Source: a virus
IMG/VR virus record: IMGVR_UViG_3300034019_000950
Span: 15,356 to 79,355 of that record
Direction: 5' to 3' (one strand)
Length of the DNA: 64,000 bases
Part shown: positions 10,202-19,009 of the stretch, piece by piece
How the letters are laid out: each line of letters opens with the position of its first letter
How positions within the stretch are numbered: the stretch's first letter is position 1
The notes under the pieces: generated by a model
The model's database searches: none
The model's input: the letters and a program-made list of their open reading frames with translations, nothing else
What the model was told of the DNA's origin: nothing
Position numbers and translations under genes: made by a program

Positions 10202-11086
10202 ATGCTCGATCTGCGAAACCTACCGACCAGCGCGGTCATGCGACTGGTCCGCGCCACCCCTCGGAGGGATGGCGCCGGCATCGTGTGGGACTACGACCTT
10301 TCTATTGAGGTTCCAGACGAACAGGCGGCTGCATTGGTGGACAGCTACGTGCCCGGTGCTGCACGAGCATTCGCCAGTGGTGGTGATGGTGCGCGTGGCA
10401 AGGCGAGCACAACCGGGGGCTTTGACCTGTGTGCGTTGGAGCTATCCGCAGAGGACGGGCGTCACCTTGCGCGAGGTCATGCCGAGGTGCGGCAGGCTAC
10501 GGTCAGCGTGACGGCATCACAGGCAGTGCTGGTGGTGCGCGTGCGCGTGCACGGACTGTTGGAAAGAGCGGCGACTGATGTTGTGTATCAGCTTGACGAA
10601 GTGCTGCAGGTGTCTTTGACGACACAGCACGCTGCACGACTGACGGTTGCGGAAGCTGTGGGCGCTGGGCAGCGGCCCGCTCAAAGTGTGGGTGGCTTGA
10701 TTGGCAGGCTGGTTGTCGTCCAGCATGGAACAGAGCTGATGGCTGGCATTGTTGTCCATCAGGATGGAACAAGCCTGCATCTTGAGTCATTGGACGAGGG
10801 CGTGTCGCTGGTGGACCTGGGAACCGGAAAGCCGGCAACGGTGTTGGACGTGGTTCCTCCTCCTGGCGAGGCGATGAGCGAGCTTGTGTCGTTCTACTCG
10901 GTCAGCTGTGCTCATGCCGGTGTGCGTGCAAGCTGGCACGACGTAATCACGGCAATCGGCCTGCTGTATGCTGAACAAAAGCTGCAAGCGTTGCCTGACT
11001 ACAGCTGGCAGCTTGACCCCGAGGTCTGGGAAGCTGCACTGGAGCACGCAATCACAAACGCGGGGCCGACAACGGCAGAGGCGTGA
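10202..11086 (+). CDS. Hypothetical protein
   Basis: Long ORF with GGAGG RBS and upstream GTGCG-N18-TATGAC motif. Confidence 0.6.
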   Translation: MLDLRNLPTSAVMRLVRATPRRDGAGIVWDYDLSIEVPDEQAAALVDSYVPGAARAFASGGDGARGKASTTGGFDLCALELSAEDGRHLARGHAEVRQATVSVTASQAVLVVRVRVHGLLERAATDVVYQLDEVLQVSLTTQHAARLTVAEAVGAGQRPAQSVGGLIGRLVVVQHGTELMAGIVVHQDGTSLHLESLDEGVSLVDLGTGKPATVLDVVPPPGEAMSELVSFYSVSCAHAGVRASWHDVITAIGLLYAEQKLQALPDYSWQLDPEVWEAALEHAITNAGPTTAEA

Positions 11087-11358
11087 CCACCTATCAAGTG
11101 CAGTGCAAGGTGATTTTCATGCTAAACGGTTCGACGCGAGAGCAGGTAGTGCTGGAGCATGGCGACATCGTGCAAGGTGCAACACTGGGGAGCGTGTCCG
11201 CAAGAGATCTGCGCGAATACACTCGCATGGAGCAGCAGCATTCCATCTTCCATAGGAATGAGCGCATCGTTTGGGTGCAAGTGTATGGCGCAGTGCGCGG
11301 ACTGATTGTTGGAAAGCAGTGCGTACCTTCCAATCTTACGGCGACGGTGCCGCTGTGA
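11083..11358 (+). CDS. Hypothetical protein
   Basis: GTGA overlaps with both neighbours. Confidence 0.55.
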   Translation: MTTYQVQCKVIFMLNGSTREQVVLEHGDIVQGATLGSVSARDLREYTRMEQQHSIFHRNERIVWVQVYGAVRGLIVGKQCVPSNLTATVPL

Positions 11359-11651
11359 CGACAAGCAATCTGCCAGAGCGAGCTACGGTCCTATCGCTGC
11401 CGATGGACGACCCGGAAACAAGCGTGCGCAGTCCTGCACTGGCGGCACTGCTGTCAGAAGGATGGAAAGTCATCGCCAGTCTGCCGGCAGCTCGTGGTGA
11501 TCGTACCGAGCTATTGCTGGTGCTGGCACCACCGCGCCCGCACTATGCCCCGCAAGTGCCCCCGGCGCCCTTATGGGCTTACTTGCTTGCTGCGCTGGCC
11601 TGCGGTGTGGGGGCCGCCGCTGGCAGCCTGCTGGCTGGCCTTGCAAACTGA
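11355..11651 (+). CDS. Small membrane protein
   Basis: C-terminal hydrophobic segment LWAYLLAALACGVGAAAGSLLAGL; GTGA overlap with upstream gene. Confidence 0.5.
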   Translation: MTTSNLPERATVLSLPMDDPETSVRSPALAALLSEGWKVIASLPAARGDRTELLLVLAPPRPHYAPQVPPAPLWAYLLAALACGVGAAAGSLLAGLAN

Positions 11652-11666
11652 CAACTGGAGTATTCG

Positions 11667-12407
11667 ATGCCGACCACTGAGCTGAACCTGACGACCGTGG
11701 CGCTTTCTGAACTGCGCCCCGACCCTGCCAATCCGCGCACGCACGATGCGCGAAACATCGCGGCCATCGCAGCCAGCCTGCGAGAGCACGGTCAGGTAGA
11801 GCCGCTGCTGGTTCAGCGTTCCACGATGATGGTGATCGGCGGCAACGGACGTGCAGAGGCCATGCGCTCCCTTGGCTGGAAGCAGGCCCGCGTGGCGTTG
11901 CTTGATGTCAGCGACACGGAGGCTCGCAAGCTTTCCATTGCACTGAACCGCACGGGCGAACTGGCCGGATGGGATGAAGCTGTGCTGGCGCGGCACCTTG
12001 CCGACCTGTCGGCGTTGGATGGTTTCGTTGTCGAGGACCTGGGCTTCAACACGGCTGAGCTGGACGCCTTGGTGGCCGCCTATGTTGGTGAAGTCGATCA
12101 GATGCACTTGGAAGAGCCGCCGCCGCGCGACACCAGCAAACTTCCAATCAACCAGCTGACTGCCGCACAGACCGATCAGCCTGCTTCCCCTGTCACGTCG
12201 TCCGTCATGCCCGCTACGCCCGAGCACACCGTTCCTGCGCCGATGCCGACCAGCAGCGTTCGCCTTGTCCAGCTGTTCTTGGATGATGAAACCATCGACG
12301 GCTTTCAGATGGCCGTGCGCAAGCTTGCCGACCAGTACGTGACCGACAACATCACCGACACCGTGCGTCGTGCTGTGCTGACGGCAGCCGGCGATTGGAA
12401 GGACTGA
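11667..12407 (+). CDS. ParB/Srx N-terminal-domain protein
   Basis: LRPDPANPRTH...IAASLREHGQVEPLLV...IGGNGR, typical of phage ParB-like proteins next to DNA-modification genes. Confidence 0.85.
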   Translation: MPTTELNLTTVALSELRPDPANPRTHDARNIAAIAASLREHGQVEPLLVQRSTMMVIGGNGRAEAMRSLGWKQARVALLDVSDTEARKLSIALNRTGELAGWDEAVLARHLADLSALDGFVVEDLGFNTAELDALVAAYVGEVDQMHLEEPPPRDTSKLPINQLTAAQTDQPASPVTSSVMPATPEHTVPAPMPTSSVRLVQLFLDDETIDGFQMAVRKLADQYVTDNITDTVRRAVLTAAGDWKD

Positions 12408-13300
12408 TGCGGGCGGTCCTACGGACCAAGGTGCCTGAGCATGAAGTGGCTGCATGGAAGGGCAGGCACCCGCAGGCAAGCCAGTTCGACATGCTGGTTA
12501 CTGGTGAGTGCGACCTGTATGGGCCGGATGGATCACCTTTGCTGTTTGTCCGACGCGGCAAGCTGAACAGCGAGGCAATAGAACAAGCAAGGCCGACACT
12601 GCACTGGATGCGTCGCTTCACAAGCGACAACCGCGCTGACTACGCTGGCGGCATTGCAGCCAAGGCCGTCAACGCAGATGGCACAGTGGCGAAGCAGAGC
12701 CGGACATACGATGAGCAAGGCAACGTGATGAGTGTGCCGAGCTGCATTGCCGGCTTCTTTGAGCCGCAAGGCGGCCGGCATCCGTTCTGCAGGGCCACAG
12801 CATTCCTGCGCTCCTTCCCTGATCAATGGGCCAGTCTGCAGCCGATGCTTAGGGACGTCGGCGCACTCTATCGACGCACTGTTCCGCTGCGATGGAAGCA
12901 GCAGATGGAAGTGGTGGACAAGTCAGACCCAGCGTGGGTCATTCCTGGCACACCCTTCACTACGATTACCGTCAACAACACAGTGCCGGCTGCCTACCAC
13001 CGAGATGGTGGCGACCTCAAAGAAGGCTTTGGTGTCCTTGTCGTCTTGTCAAAGGGTCAGTTCGACGGATTCGATCTCGTCGTTCCAGAGTACCGTGTGG
13101 CTACCCACCTGCGCGACGGCGACGTTCTGTTCTTTGACCCGACTGTGTGGCATGGCAACACCCTGCCGACCAACATGGTTGGAGAGAAAGACGAGGACTG
13201 GTATCGCATCAGCCTTGTGGCTTACTACCGAGAGGGCATCGTCGGCTGCGGCAGCCCGCAGGCAGAGCTGCAAAAAGCAAAGGCCAGGGGTGCGCTGTGA
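12407..13300 (+). CDS. TET/JBP-family 2OG-Fe(II) dioxygenase
   Basis: PFTTITVN, HRDGGD (HxD), GDVLFFD..WHGNT (distal His), RISLVAYYRE (2OG-binding Arg); TGATG overlap with ParB gene. Confidence 0.88.
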   Translation: MRAVLRTKVPEHEVAAWKGRHPQASQFDMLVTGECDLYGPDGSPLLFVRRGKLNSEAIEQARPTLHWMRRFTSDNRADYAGGIAAKAVNADGTVAKQSRTYDEQGNVMSVPSCIAGFFEPQGGRHPFCRATAFLRSFPDQWASLQPMLRDVGALYRRTVPLRWKQQMEVVDKSDPAWVIPGTPFTTITVNNTVPAAYHRDGGDLKEGFGVLVVLSKGQFDGFDLVVPEYRVATHLRDGDVLFFDPTVWHGNTLPTNMVGEKDEDWYRISLVAYYREGIVGCGSPQAELQKAKARGAL

Positions 13301-13824
13301 AGACCGTGCTTTACGTCGTCGGAGCGCCCGGTGTAGGTAAAAGCACTGCGCTCACCGGACTACTCGACAAGTGGGCCACCGCGCTTGTTCAGTCCCCAAA
13401 GTGGACATTGAGTGCGCCGATTGCTCTCGTTGGTCACTACGTAAAGGGCGGCCATGATGGCGGCGACACCGTTCCCTACGACGGTGCGGCAGAGTGCTTG
13501 ACGTACATGCGCGATGTTCTGTTGCAAGATCACCGCCTGCATGGCTTTGTGCTGGATGGTGACCGCTTTACAACCTCTACCTGCCGTCAGTTCACTGACG
13601 GCCTACCTGGCATCCGTGTTGTGTGTGTTCATCTACAAGCCAGTGACGCAACACTCACAGCCAGACGGACAGCCAGGGGCAGCACGCAGAACCCAACATG
13701 GATGCTCGGCCGCAACACGAAGGCGGCACGGTTTGCTGACAGCTTCCCCGACGCGGTACGGCTGCAGACTGATGAAATGAGGCCGGATGAAGTCACCCAG
13801 GCAATACGGGAACTGTTGCGGTGA
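13297..13824 (+). CDS. P-loop nucleotide/DNA kinase of base-modification type
   Basis: GAPGVGKST, LDGDRF, ARRTARGSTQNPTWMLGRNTK; GTGA overlap with TET gene. Confidence 0.75.
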   Translation: MKTVLYVVGAPGVGKSTALTGLLDKWATALVQSPKWTLSAPIALVGHYVKGGHDGGDTVPYDGAAECLTYMRDVLLQDHRLHGFVLDGDRFTTSTCRQFTDGLPGIRVVCVHLQASDATLTARRTARGSTQNPTWMLGRNTKAARFADSFPDAVRLQTDEMRPDEVTQAIRELLR

Positions 13825-14864
13825 GCGCATCGCCAGTCGCACTTGCAGAGCCAGATCTTGCGAAAGTGAAAGCTTTGCTTCTGGACACGGCATCACCCGT
13901 ACACGGTGATCCATCGTGTGTAGTGGTGTTGTTGTCTGCGAGCCGTAGTGGAAGCAGCACGGTGCATGACCTGCTGGCCCGGTGCGATGCCGTCGCGGCC
14001 TTGCCAGGAGAGATTGAGCCATACCTGCGATTGACTGGTAACGCGCAAGGCGTAGATGGAAGTAACGAGGTCACTTCCTTCACAAACATCGAAGAACTGC
14101 GCGCGCTTGTCCGCACGGATCTGCGCCTATGGTCGCAACCTCTACCGCTGGTTCATGGTTCTGATTGGCATCAGCGTCGCCTGTTGTTTCAGTCTCCTAT
14201 GGGCTTGGAGCTGGACGAAGGCTGGTATGACGGTTGCAGCAGACCGCCCGCTTCCAATCTCACGGTCTTGGAAGAGCCGCCACTGGTTCCAATAGCAGAT
14301 GCGGTGAAGCCGGGTAGCCTAAACGGCGTCAAACTCATACTCAAAACACCACAACTCGTCTATCGACGTGGGCTGGTGGAGGCGCTGTTTCCAAACAGTC
14401 CGGTTCACTACCTACACCTAAGACGCAGCGCGCCGGGGACTGTCAACGGACTGCTTGATGGGTGGCTTGGTCCACACTTTTGGTCATATCGACTACCAGC
14501 GCCTGATGGGGCGGCGATGCCTGACTGGTGGTGCTTTGATGTGCCGCCAGGATGGCACGCGACACGAGGACTGCTTGATGCCTGTGTGCTGCAATGGGTT
14601 GCCGCCAACACGGCTGCGCTTCTGCACCCGCTGGTGGGGCATCTCCACTACGAGGACTTGTGGAGGCCGCAAGCAGAGCAACGAATAGCAGCCGCTTGTG
14701 GGATTGCCGTTGAGGCACGGCTACGTACAGTGATGGCGACAGAACAGCCGGCTGAAAGACGCTGGGCAACCAAGCGGCCAGAACTTGCAGGCTTGATGGA
14801 GAGGAATGACGTTACACAGCTCATGGAGCAGCTGGGTTACGTGAATGGAGGTGTCCAGTGGTAG
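13821..14864 (+). CDS. Sulfotransferase-family protein
   Basis: SASRSGSSTVHDLL (PAPS-binding loop), LKTP, HLRR...NGLLDGW, HYEDL. Confidence 0.75.
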   Translation: MSASPVALAEPDLAKVKALLLDTASPVHGDPSCVVVLLSASRSGSSTVHDLLARCDAVAALPGEIEPYLRLTGNAQGVDGSNEVTSFTNIEELRALVRTDLRLWSQPLPLVHGSDWHQRRLLFQSPMGLELDEGWYDGCSRPPASNLTVLEEPPLVPIADAVKPGSLNGVKLILKTPQLVYRRGLVEALFPNSPVHYLHLRRSAPGTVNGLLDGWLGPHFWSYRLPAPDGAAMPDWWCFDVPPGWHATRGLLDACVLQWVAANTAALLHPLVGHLHYEDLWRPQAEQRIAAACGIAVEARLRTVMATEQPAERRWATKRPELAGLMERNDVTQLMEQLGYVNGGVQW

Positions 14865-15691
14865 GGTTACAGGTCGTCAACCCGGATGGTCGGCTACGTT
14901 CAGTGCTGGTATCCAGTGCTGACAAGCTTGCGGCATCCTTGCCGGCCGCTGTTCCCGCAAGCTGGCTCGCCATGCCAGACGCAAAGGGTCTGATGGCAGA
15001 AGTGGAAGCATTCCACGACTTCTTGCGATCGCGCTTGCAGCTTGTTGTTGTCGACGTGGCCGACGCAACGCTGTTTGATGGCCTGTATGCGCGCGATTAC
15101 GGCGCCGTCGTCAATCAGACGCTGTATCTGATGCGCAGTCCAGTGCCGCATCGTGCGCCAGAACGAGACAGGGTGGCTGACGAGCTGCAAAGGCTTGGAA
15201 TCAAGGCAGTGTGCGCGCCAGATGATGTCTATGGTGAGGGAGCAGACCTGCTTCCGCTTTCGCAGGGCCGATGGGCAATCGCAACCGGACGGCGCACAAC
15301 ACAAGGCATGGCCTTATGGATGCGCTCGCAGCTTCCATCAGATCAAGTCCTCTATCGAACCAAAAAGCGTGGACCTGATGTGCCTCAGCACCTGCTGGGT
15401 GGCAACCGCATCCTCAACGGGGTGCTTTACCACCGCGCAGATGTCGAGCCACTGCCAGGATGGACGGGCGAGTGCGTCAGTCTGAATGTCAATGATGAGG
15501 TTGGCAGCAAGCTCGGCATGAACTGGCTCGTGCTGGACAGGGCGGAAGTCGTGATGGCAGAGGACTGCCCAGGAGTGCGAGCCATGCTGGAGAAAAAAGG
15601 CATCAAAGTTCATGTTCTGCCGATGGCTAACATCAGGGCAATGGGGGGCGGCTTTGCCTGCGCCACGTTGCCGCTGTGGAGAGATCTATGA
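14858..15691 (+). CDS. Amidinotransferase / arginine deiminase (pentein) family enzyme
   Basis: YARD, EGAD, QHL, GMNWL and C-terminal GGGFACAT with the catalytic Cys. Confidence 0.85.
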   Translation: MVGLQVVNPDGRLRSVLVSSADKLAASLPAAVPASWLAMPDAKGLMAEVEAFHDFLRSRLQLVVVDVADATLFDGLYARDYGAVVNQTLYLMRSPVPHRAPERDRVADELQRLGIKAVCAPDDVYGEGADLLPLSQGRWAIATGRRTTQGMALWMRSQLPSDQVLYRTKKRGPDVPQHLLGGNRILNGVLYHRADVEPLPGWTGECVSLNVNDEVGSKLGMNWLVLDRAEVVMAEDCPGVRAMLEKKGIKVHVLPMANIRAMGGGFACATLPLWRDL

Positions 15692-16644
15692 CAGATGCGC
15701 TTGATCCAACGTCATGGCCCTTGTGGTCTGTGTTCATTCGCTTTGCACGTCGTCAGCTGGAAACGCTCGACTACGACCCGTTCCATCCGATGCTGGTGCA
15801 CCTACAGCGCGGCACGAGTGTTGATGAAGGCTTGTGGTCCAGCTTCCTTTACATGGCCTTCTACAACCTGGGATCAGCCTACTGTGCGTGGACAACAACA
15901 CGTCCGATGCAGGCACTTCCAGCAATAGCGGACCGATGGTCTATCGGAACGCAAAGACGCAACCTGCGAGCAAGCAGTGTTTGCAAGCATGTTGAGTCAT
16001 TGGCATCGCAAGCCAGACCGCACGGGAGCCTCTACAGCTTCTTCACACATGACTTCACTGGTAACGAAAAGGCAGATTGGCTAAGCCTTCTGAACAGGCT
16101 GGAAGGCGTGTGGGGTAACGGAAGGTGGGGCGCTTACACGACAGCTGAGCTGCTACAGAAAGTGAACCAGCTACCAGTGCAGCCAGCAACCCTTGGATTG
16201 GAAGGAGCCACAGGCCCACGAAAGGGACTGGTGGTGCTGACGGGCCTATCAGCGGAAACCAGCACGGAGGTCATGCAGGTGTATGGTGACGCGCTACTGG
16301 CCAAGCTACGCAGCCTGTTTCCAAACCCCCGCATCCCCTGGGCAAGACACGGCATTGACTTCGCAATGACCGAAAGCATCCTCTGCGACTTCTACGGCTT
16401 GACCAAGGGTCGCTACTACATCGGGCGGGACATAGACCGTGAGGCAGGACGGATACTGTCTCAAAGTGGTCGAACTGACGTGGATATGGGTCCCTTGTGG
16501 GCCGCACGCGCCACAGTGTTCCCACCTCACCTGCTTGCTGAGCGACGGAGGACCGTGCTGGACATTGATTATGAAAGAGCGCGGGTCTACAAAGAGACTG
16601 GCCTGCTGGCAGACTACCGTGACGACTTCCCTTTGCTGCCATGA
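15688..16644 (+). CDS. Amino-acid:DNA transferase-like protein (aGPT-PPlase2 type)
   Basis: DYDP, GNGRWGAYTTAELL, ESILCDF...GRYYIGRDID resemble the glycosylase-fold thymine-hypermodification transferases; ATGA overlap. Confidence 0.75.
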   Translation: MTDALDPTSWPLWSVFIRFARRQLETLDYDPFHPMLVHLQRGTSVDEGLWSSFLYMAFYNLGSAYCAWTTTRPMQALPAIADRWSIGTQRRNLRASSVCKHVESLASQARPHGSLYSFFTHDFTGNEKADWLSLLNRLEGVWGNGRWGAYTTAELLQKVNQLPVQPATLGLEGATGPRKGLVVLTGLSAETSTEVMQVYGDALLAKLRSLFPNPRIPWARHGIDFAMTESILCDFYGLTKGRYYIGRDIDREAGRILSQSGRTDVDMGPLWAARATVFPPHLLAERRRTVLDIDYERARVYKETGLLADYRDDFPLLP

Positions 16645-16699
16645 GTGATTGTTGCGCATAACTGCCTGCATGTTAGTATGGTGGTGCAAGGGGGCCACC

Positions 16700-17038
16700 A
16701 TGATTGACTACAAACAGGCAGTAAGTGGGGAACAGCGTGCGGCTTGTGCGAGGTTGCAGGCCGACCTGCAGTTAGAGCTGAGCGCACTGCCTAAGCAGGC
16801 AAAGTGGCACGAGCGCATCGCCTACAACAACGCAATCGACTGGCTCGATAGCGTCATTCAACATGGCGCATACGGTTGCCAGCTGTGCTTTACGAAGCAT
16901 CCGGTCGTGTTGCGTCTTGCTGCGCATCATGGAGTGCCGGTAGCGCCCGCCCCGCGTCATGCCACGACTGATGATGTGCGTAGGTTGCGGGAAGGCATCG
17001 CGCTGACAGAAAGGGTGCGTCCTAACCTGCGCGCATAG
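16700..17038 (+). CDS. Hypothetical protein
   Basis: ORF downstream of TTGCGC-N16-TAGTAT promoter-like site. Confidence 0.55.
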   Translation: MIDYKQAVSGEQRAACARLQADLQLELSALPKQAKWHERIAYNNAIDWLDSVIQHGAYGCQLCFTKHPVVLRLAAHHGVPVAPAPRHATTDDVRRLREGIALTERVRPNLRA

Positions 17039-17100
17039 GGGCGCGCAGGGGCGCGTAGGGGCGCGTAGGGGCCTGTAACGGGGCGCATAGGGTGCCCATA
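17031..17100 (+). repeat. Degenerate 10-bp tandem repeat GCGCRYAGGG
   Basis: gcgcataggg gcgcgcaggg gcgcgtaggg gcgcgtaggg followed by degenerate copies. Confidence 0.85.
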
Positions 17101-17204
17101 CGCGCCAGCACTGGCAACGCATGGCCGGTGCGTGCACAGGGCTAACACCCTACAATATAACGGCAGCGCAACACGGTACAGCAAACAGTAAGGCAGATCA
17201 AAAC

Positions 17205-17552
17205 ATGACTATCTGGACAATACGGGAAGCTGGCGATAACAAAAGCGTGGGGGCTGACGGGCAGGTGGTGTTCGACCCCAGCTTTTCGCCTAACTGGCTG
17301 CAGATGCCCGATGACCTCGGCGGACAGCAGCATCGTGTCGCTGGCAGCTGCTGGATGTCGTGCGCGCCCAACCCGGAAAGAGATCTGAATGACCAGTCAA
17401 CGTGGTGGCTGGAGCAGAAAACACGCTGGCACGTTCTGGCTGACTCGCCGATGGTCGTGGCCGAGGTGGTGGGCAAGGGCTGGGTTGTGATTGAGCCTGG
17501 ACCGGAGGCGCGCTCGTTCCTTATGAGGCTCGCCAAGCTGGAAAAGCTCTAA
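17205..17552 (+). CDS. Hypothetical protein
   Basis: ORF downstream of GTGCG-N18-TACAAT motif. Confidence 0.55.
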   Translation: MTIWTIREAGDNKSVGADGQVVFDPSFSPNWLQMPDDLGGQQHRVAGSCWMSCAPNPERDLNDQSTWWLEQKTRWHVLADSPMVVAEVVGKGWVVIEPGPEARSFLMRLAKLEKL

Positions 17553-17585
17553 GACGCAAGGCCGCATCTCATGCCGCCGCCCGGT

Positions 17586-17903
17586 TCAGCCCGGCGGCAG
17601 GTATGAGATAAGGTAGTGCACACCACCACCATCCATCAGAAAGGTGCCGCCGGCCAGAAGGCCGTGGAAGTCCAGCGTCACGCTATCGCCGTTGTGTACG
17701 TGCATAAACGCACCGCTGGGGAACGTAAACGTGGCGTCACCGCTATGGGCTTCTACGTGAAGGTGGTGTATTGCCGCACCACCGTCAATCACTAAGGTGG
17801 TGAGGGCAGACACTTCACCACCAAGCACGACGAGCTGGCCGCTGGTGGTGGGTCGCCCGTCCGCTGCTCCTGCTACCCGGTCGTTCCAAGCGTGAGTGGC
17901 CAA
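17586..17903 (-). CDS. Hypothetical beta-rich protein
   Basis: Isolated minus-strand ORF with GAGGTG RBS. Confidence 0.5.
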   Translation of the reverse strand: MATHAWNDRVAGAADGRPTTSGQLVVLGGEVSALTTLVIDGGAAIHHLHVEAHSGDATFTFPSGAFMHVHNGDSVTLDFHGLLAGGTFLMDGGGVHYLISYLPPG

Positions 17904-17976
17904 TCTTCACCTCAAAGACAGCGTAGCGCAGGCGTGCGTCAAGCGCCCGGAGGACCTACATATGAGTGGAGGCATC

Positions 17977-18249
17977 ATGTCAGGGCTACTGTGTGAGAAG
18001 TGTGACAGTGGGACAAAGGTTGTAGACAGCCGTTGCACCCCGCATCCAGATACACCGATCGCAGCGAGGCGCGCGGCGATGGCGTGGGGTGGTATTGATG
18101 AGAGCTGGCAGTGTCGCCGTAGGGTTTGCTCTACCTGCTTCGCAATCAGCTGGACGATTGAGATGCCGATGACCACGCTGATGGACCTGATGATGCTGGT
18201 TGAGCAGGGCAAGGCCAAAAACGTAGTCGCAGCTCTGCAAGGAAAGTAA
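17977..18249 (+). CDS. NrdR-like zinc-ribbon protein (no ATP cone)
   Basis: CEKC...TKVVDSR...RRRVCSTC...WTIE matches the NrdR N-terminal pattern. Confidence 0.7.
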   Translation: MSGLLCEKCDSGTKVVDSRCTPHPDTPIAARRAAMAWGGIDESWQCRRRVCSTCFAISWTIEMPMTTLMDLMMLVEQGKAKNVVAALQGK

Positions 18250-18254
18250 GGCTG

Positions 18255-18584
18255 ATGCCTGCAATCGGTCTGGTTCTAATGGTCAAGCTCACGGCTTACA
18301 CAGCCGACTGCACTGGATGCAGTGGTGTCATGGCGGACGGGCGGCGTGCGGACCACCGCCTGCAAGTCGTTGCTGCAAGCAAGGCATGGCCGCTCGGCAC
18401 ATGTCTGGAGCTGGAGCTTGGAGGCGACAAGCATCGTGTGCAGGTGGCTGACAGGCTTGGTCCTCGCACACGCCAACAACCCGGAGCAGACCGGCATCTG
18501 GACTTGCTGGTTGAGAGCACGGCCCAGGCTCGCGCTATGGGTGTTCAGCAAGTGCGTGCGCGGGTTGTGTCGTGCAAGAGCTAA
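18255..18584 (+). CDS. 3D-domain / DPBB putative peptidoglycan lytic protein
   Basis: LTAYT...G.MADG...VAA...PLGT...VADR...HLDL. Confidence 0.7.
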   Translation: MPAIGLVLMVKLTAYTADCTGCSGVMADGRRADHRLQVVAASKAWPLGTCLELELGGDKHRVQVADRLGPRTRQQPGADRHLDLLVESTAQARAMGVQQVRARVVSCKS

Positions 18585-19009
18585 CCTTGCCTCAACGTGT
18601 GGCTGCCGCGCCGTGGTGGCGCTGGCCCATCGGCTGTGCGGTGCGCACGCCCGGCTGCGCGGATCTGCTGCGGGTGGTGGGGCACCAGCACGTGCAGCGG
18701 GCGCCGCACCTGCGCCTGCGGGTGCACGCGCGCGGGCTGGTGGAGCTGACGATGCGGGCCACGGCCTGCGCGCCCGCGCTGGACGACGACGCCACCGCCG
18801 CGCTGCTGCTGGCGGCCCTGTGGGCGCACGACCCCGAGTGGCACACCCACCACGACGCGGAGGGCTACGTGGCGCACGTAGACCCGCGCAGGGGCGAGTG
18901 GACGGCGCAGGTGCGGGGCGAGGCGCTGGCGCTCGCTGCGCTTGCCTGCCTTGGCGAGAACGGGATGGCGGGCGTCTGGCCTGCAATCAAAACAAAGGAT
19001 GAACCATGA
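18572..19009 (+). CDS. Hypothetical protein, distant paralog of 58743-59180 and 60833-61261
   Basis: WWRWPIG...[13 protein letters not shown] pattern. Confidence 0.5.
   Translation: MQELTLPQRVAAAPWWRWPIGCAVRTPGCADLLRVVGHQHVQRAPHLRLRVHARGLVELTMRATACAPALDDDATAALLLAALWAHDPEWHTHHDAEGYVAHVDPRRGEWTAQVRGEALALAALACLGENGMAGVWPAIKTKDEP

Noticed and set aside
11667-12407. ParB as part of a ParABS partition system
   Set aside because: No ParA nearby and no central HTH; it is coupled to the TET gene as in DNA-modification loci.
13297-13824. Kinase as adenylylsulfate kinase (CysC) supplying PAPS
   Set aside because: LDGD lies about 70 residues after the P-loop rather than close to it, and the C-terminal R..RG..Q....GR.TK pattern fits base-modification kinases better; not fully excluded without a search.
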